A stretch of DNA of 63,725 bases, counting the filler, from Octopus bimaculoides (Eukaryota): assembly GCF_001194135.2 (NCBI RefSeq). It is 3 parts of 3 records of this genome, joined end to end, with 100 filler letters (N's around TTAATTAATTAA, not from the genome) between each part and the next. Parts side by side here need not be neighbours in the genome. Positions count along the whole stretch, not along the records: positions 61,842 to 63,725 come from NC_069005.1; 2 more parts are not named here. The stretch is one strand, 5' to 3'. The notes below the pieces were generated by a model. That model did not search any database, was not told where the DNA came from, and saw only the letters and a list, made by a program, of their open reading frames with translations. This document shows positions 62,977-63,725 of this stretch, in pieces. Position numbers and translations under genes: made by a program. The first letter of the stretch is position 1, and each line of letters begins with the position of its first letter.

Positions 62977-63499
62977 GTGATAATAAAAAAAACGTATCAC
63001 AATTCACTTTTTGAACATAACACTTCTTTACAAAAATGTCCGCATTTATAGTTTTTTCACAGTTTCAAACCCGCAATTTTTCGCTTATTTTCGTTAACAC
63101 GCTGACACTTCGGCACAGCCCCAACAGTCTCACAGCTTTATATAAGCATAGTTGCGTGAAATAATTGTGTGACAGACAAAACAGTTTAGCAGAAAGAGTG
63201 TTAGGCACAATAAAACAAAATATAATATAATACAATATAATATAATATATAAACGAAGAGAAAAATGGAAAAAGAAACAGCTTTACAGTGTCTGATAACT
63301 AGCTTTTTATTTTCTACTGTATCGCATCATATTTTTGTTGACATGGTTTCACACGATTTACATAATATGTATATTTGTGTTTCTCGGCCATTTTTTTTTT
63401 TTTTTAATCTATGGTTCAATTTTATTCCTATTTTATTCTGCTGGACCATCATAGCCATTCGAGGTTTAGATAAAAACCTATTATATTATTATAATTGTA

Positions 63500-63680
63500 T
63501 ACTGCTTTCAAATTTTGGCACAAAGCTAGCAGTTTCGGGGGAGGTAGGTTAAGACGATTACATCGACCCTAGAGTCTTATTGGTATTCATTTTATCGGAA
63601 GGATGAAAGGCGAAATCGATTCCATGGAATTTGAAATCAGAACATAACGACGGACGAAATGCTGCTAAGCATTTCCTCCG
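63500..63680 (-). mobile_element. SINE family 2, diverged
   Basis: ggatgaaaggcgaaatcga...gaatttgaaatcag...gctaagcattt. Confidence 0.65.
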
Positions 63681-63725
63681 CCTTTTCATAATTGAATAGT
63701 ATTAAGAATTATGTCGAGGCCACTC

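Overview
This is AT-rich, repeat-dense animal genomic DNA. Its tRNA-headed SINE families are of the Octopus type (inference). The window is a concatenation of three scaffolds joined by artificial 100-nt spacers (N44-TTAATTAATTAA-N44 at 29761-29860 and 61742-61841). Scaffold 1 (1-29760) has no convincing host exons. It contains at least four SINE families, MITEs (Tc1/mariner, hAT, Merlin-like), Penelope-type repeats, one minimal hammerhead ribozyme variant and microsatellites. Scaffold 2 (29861-61741) carries the 3' end of a spliced death-domain (DD) gene with duplicated exon-intron modules. It also has an intronless, disabled DD paralogue inside a Helitron-led segment that is duplicated in inverted orientation, two Helitron families, and decayed HERO/NeSL-like, RTE, Tx1/L1 and Gypsy fragments. 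A TSD-flanked Gag-only (HAL1-like) retroelement in this scaffold shares its 3' tail with one SINE subfamily. Most entries in the ORF track are artefacts of N runs or microsatellites. All family assignments come from motif recognition by eye; no database search was run.
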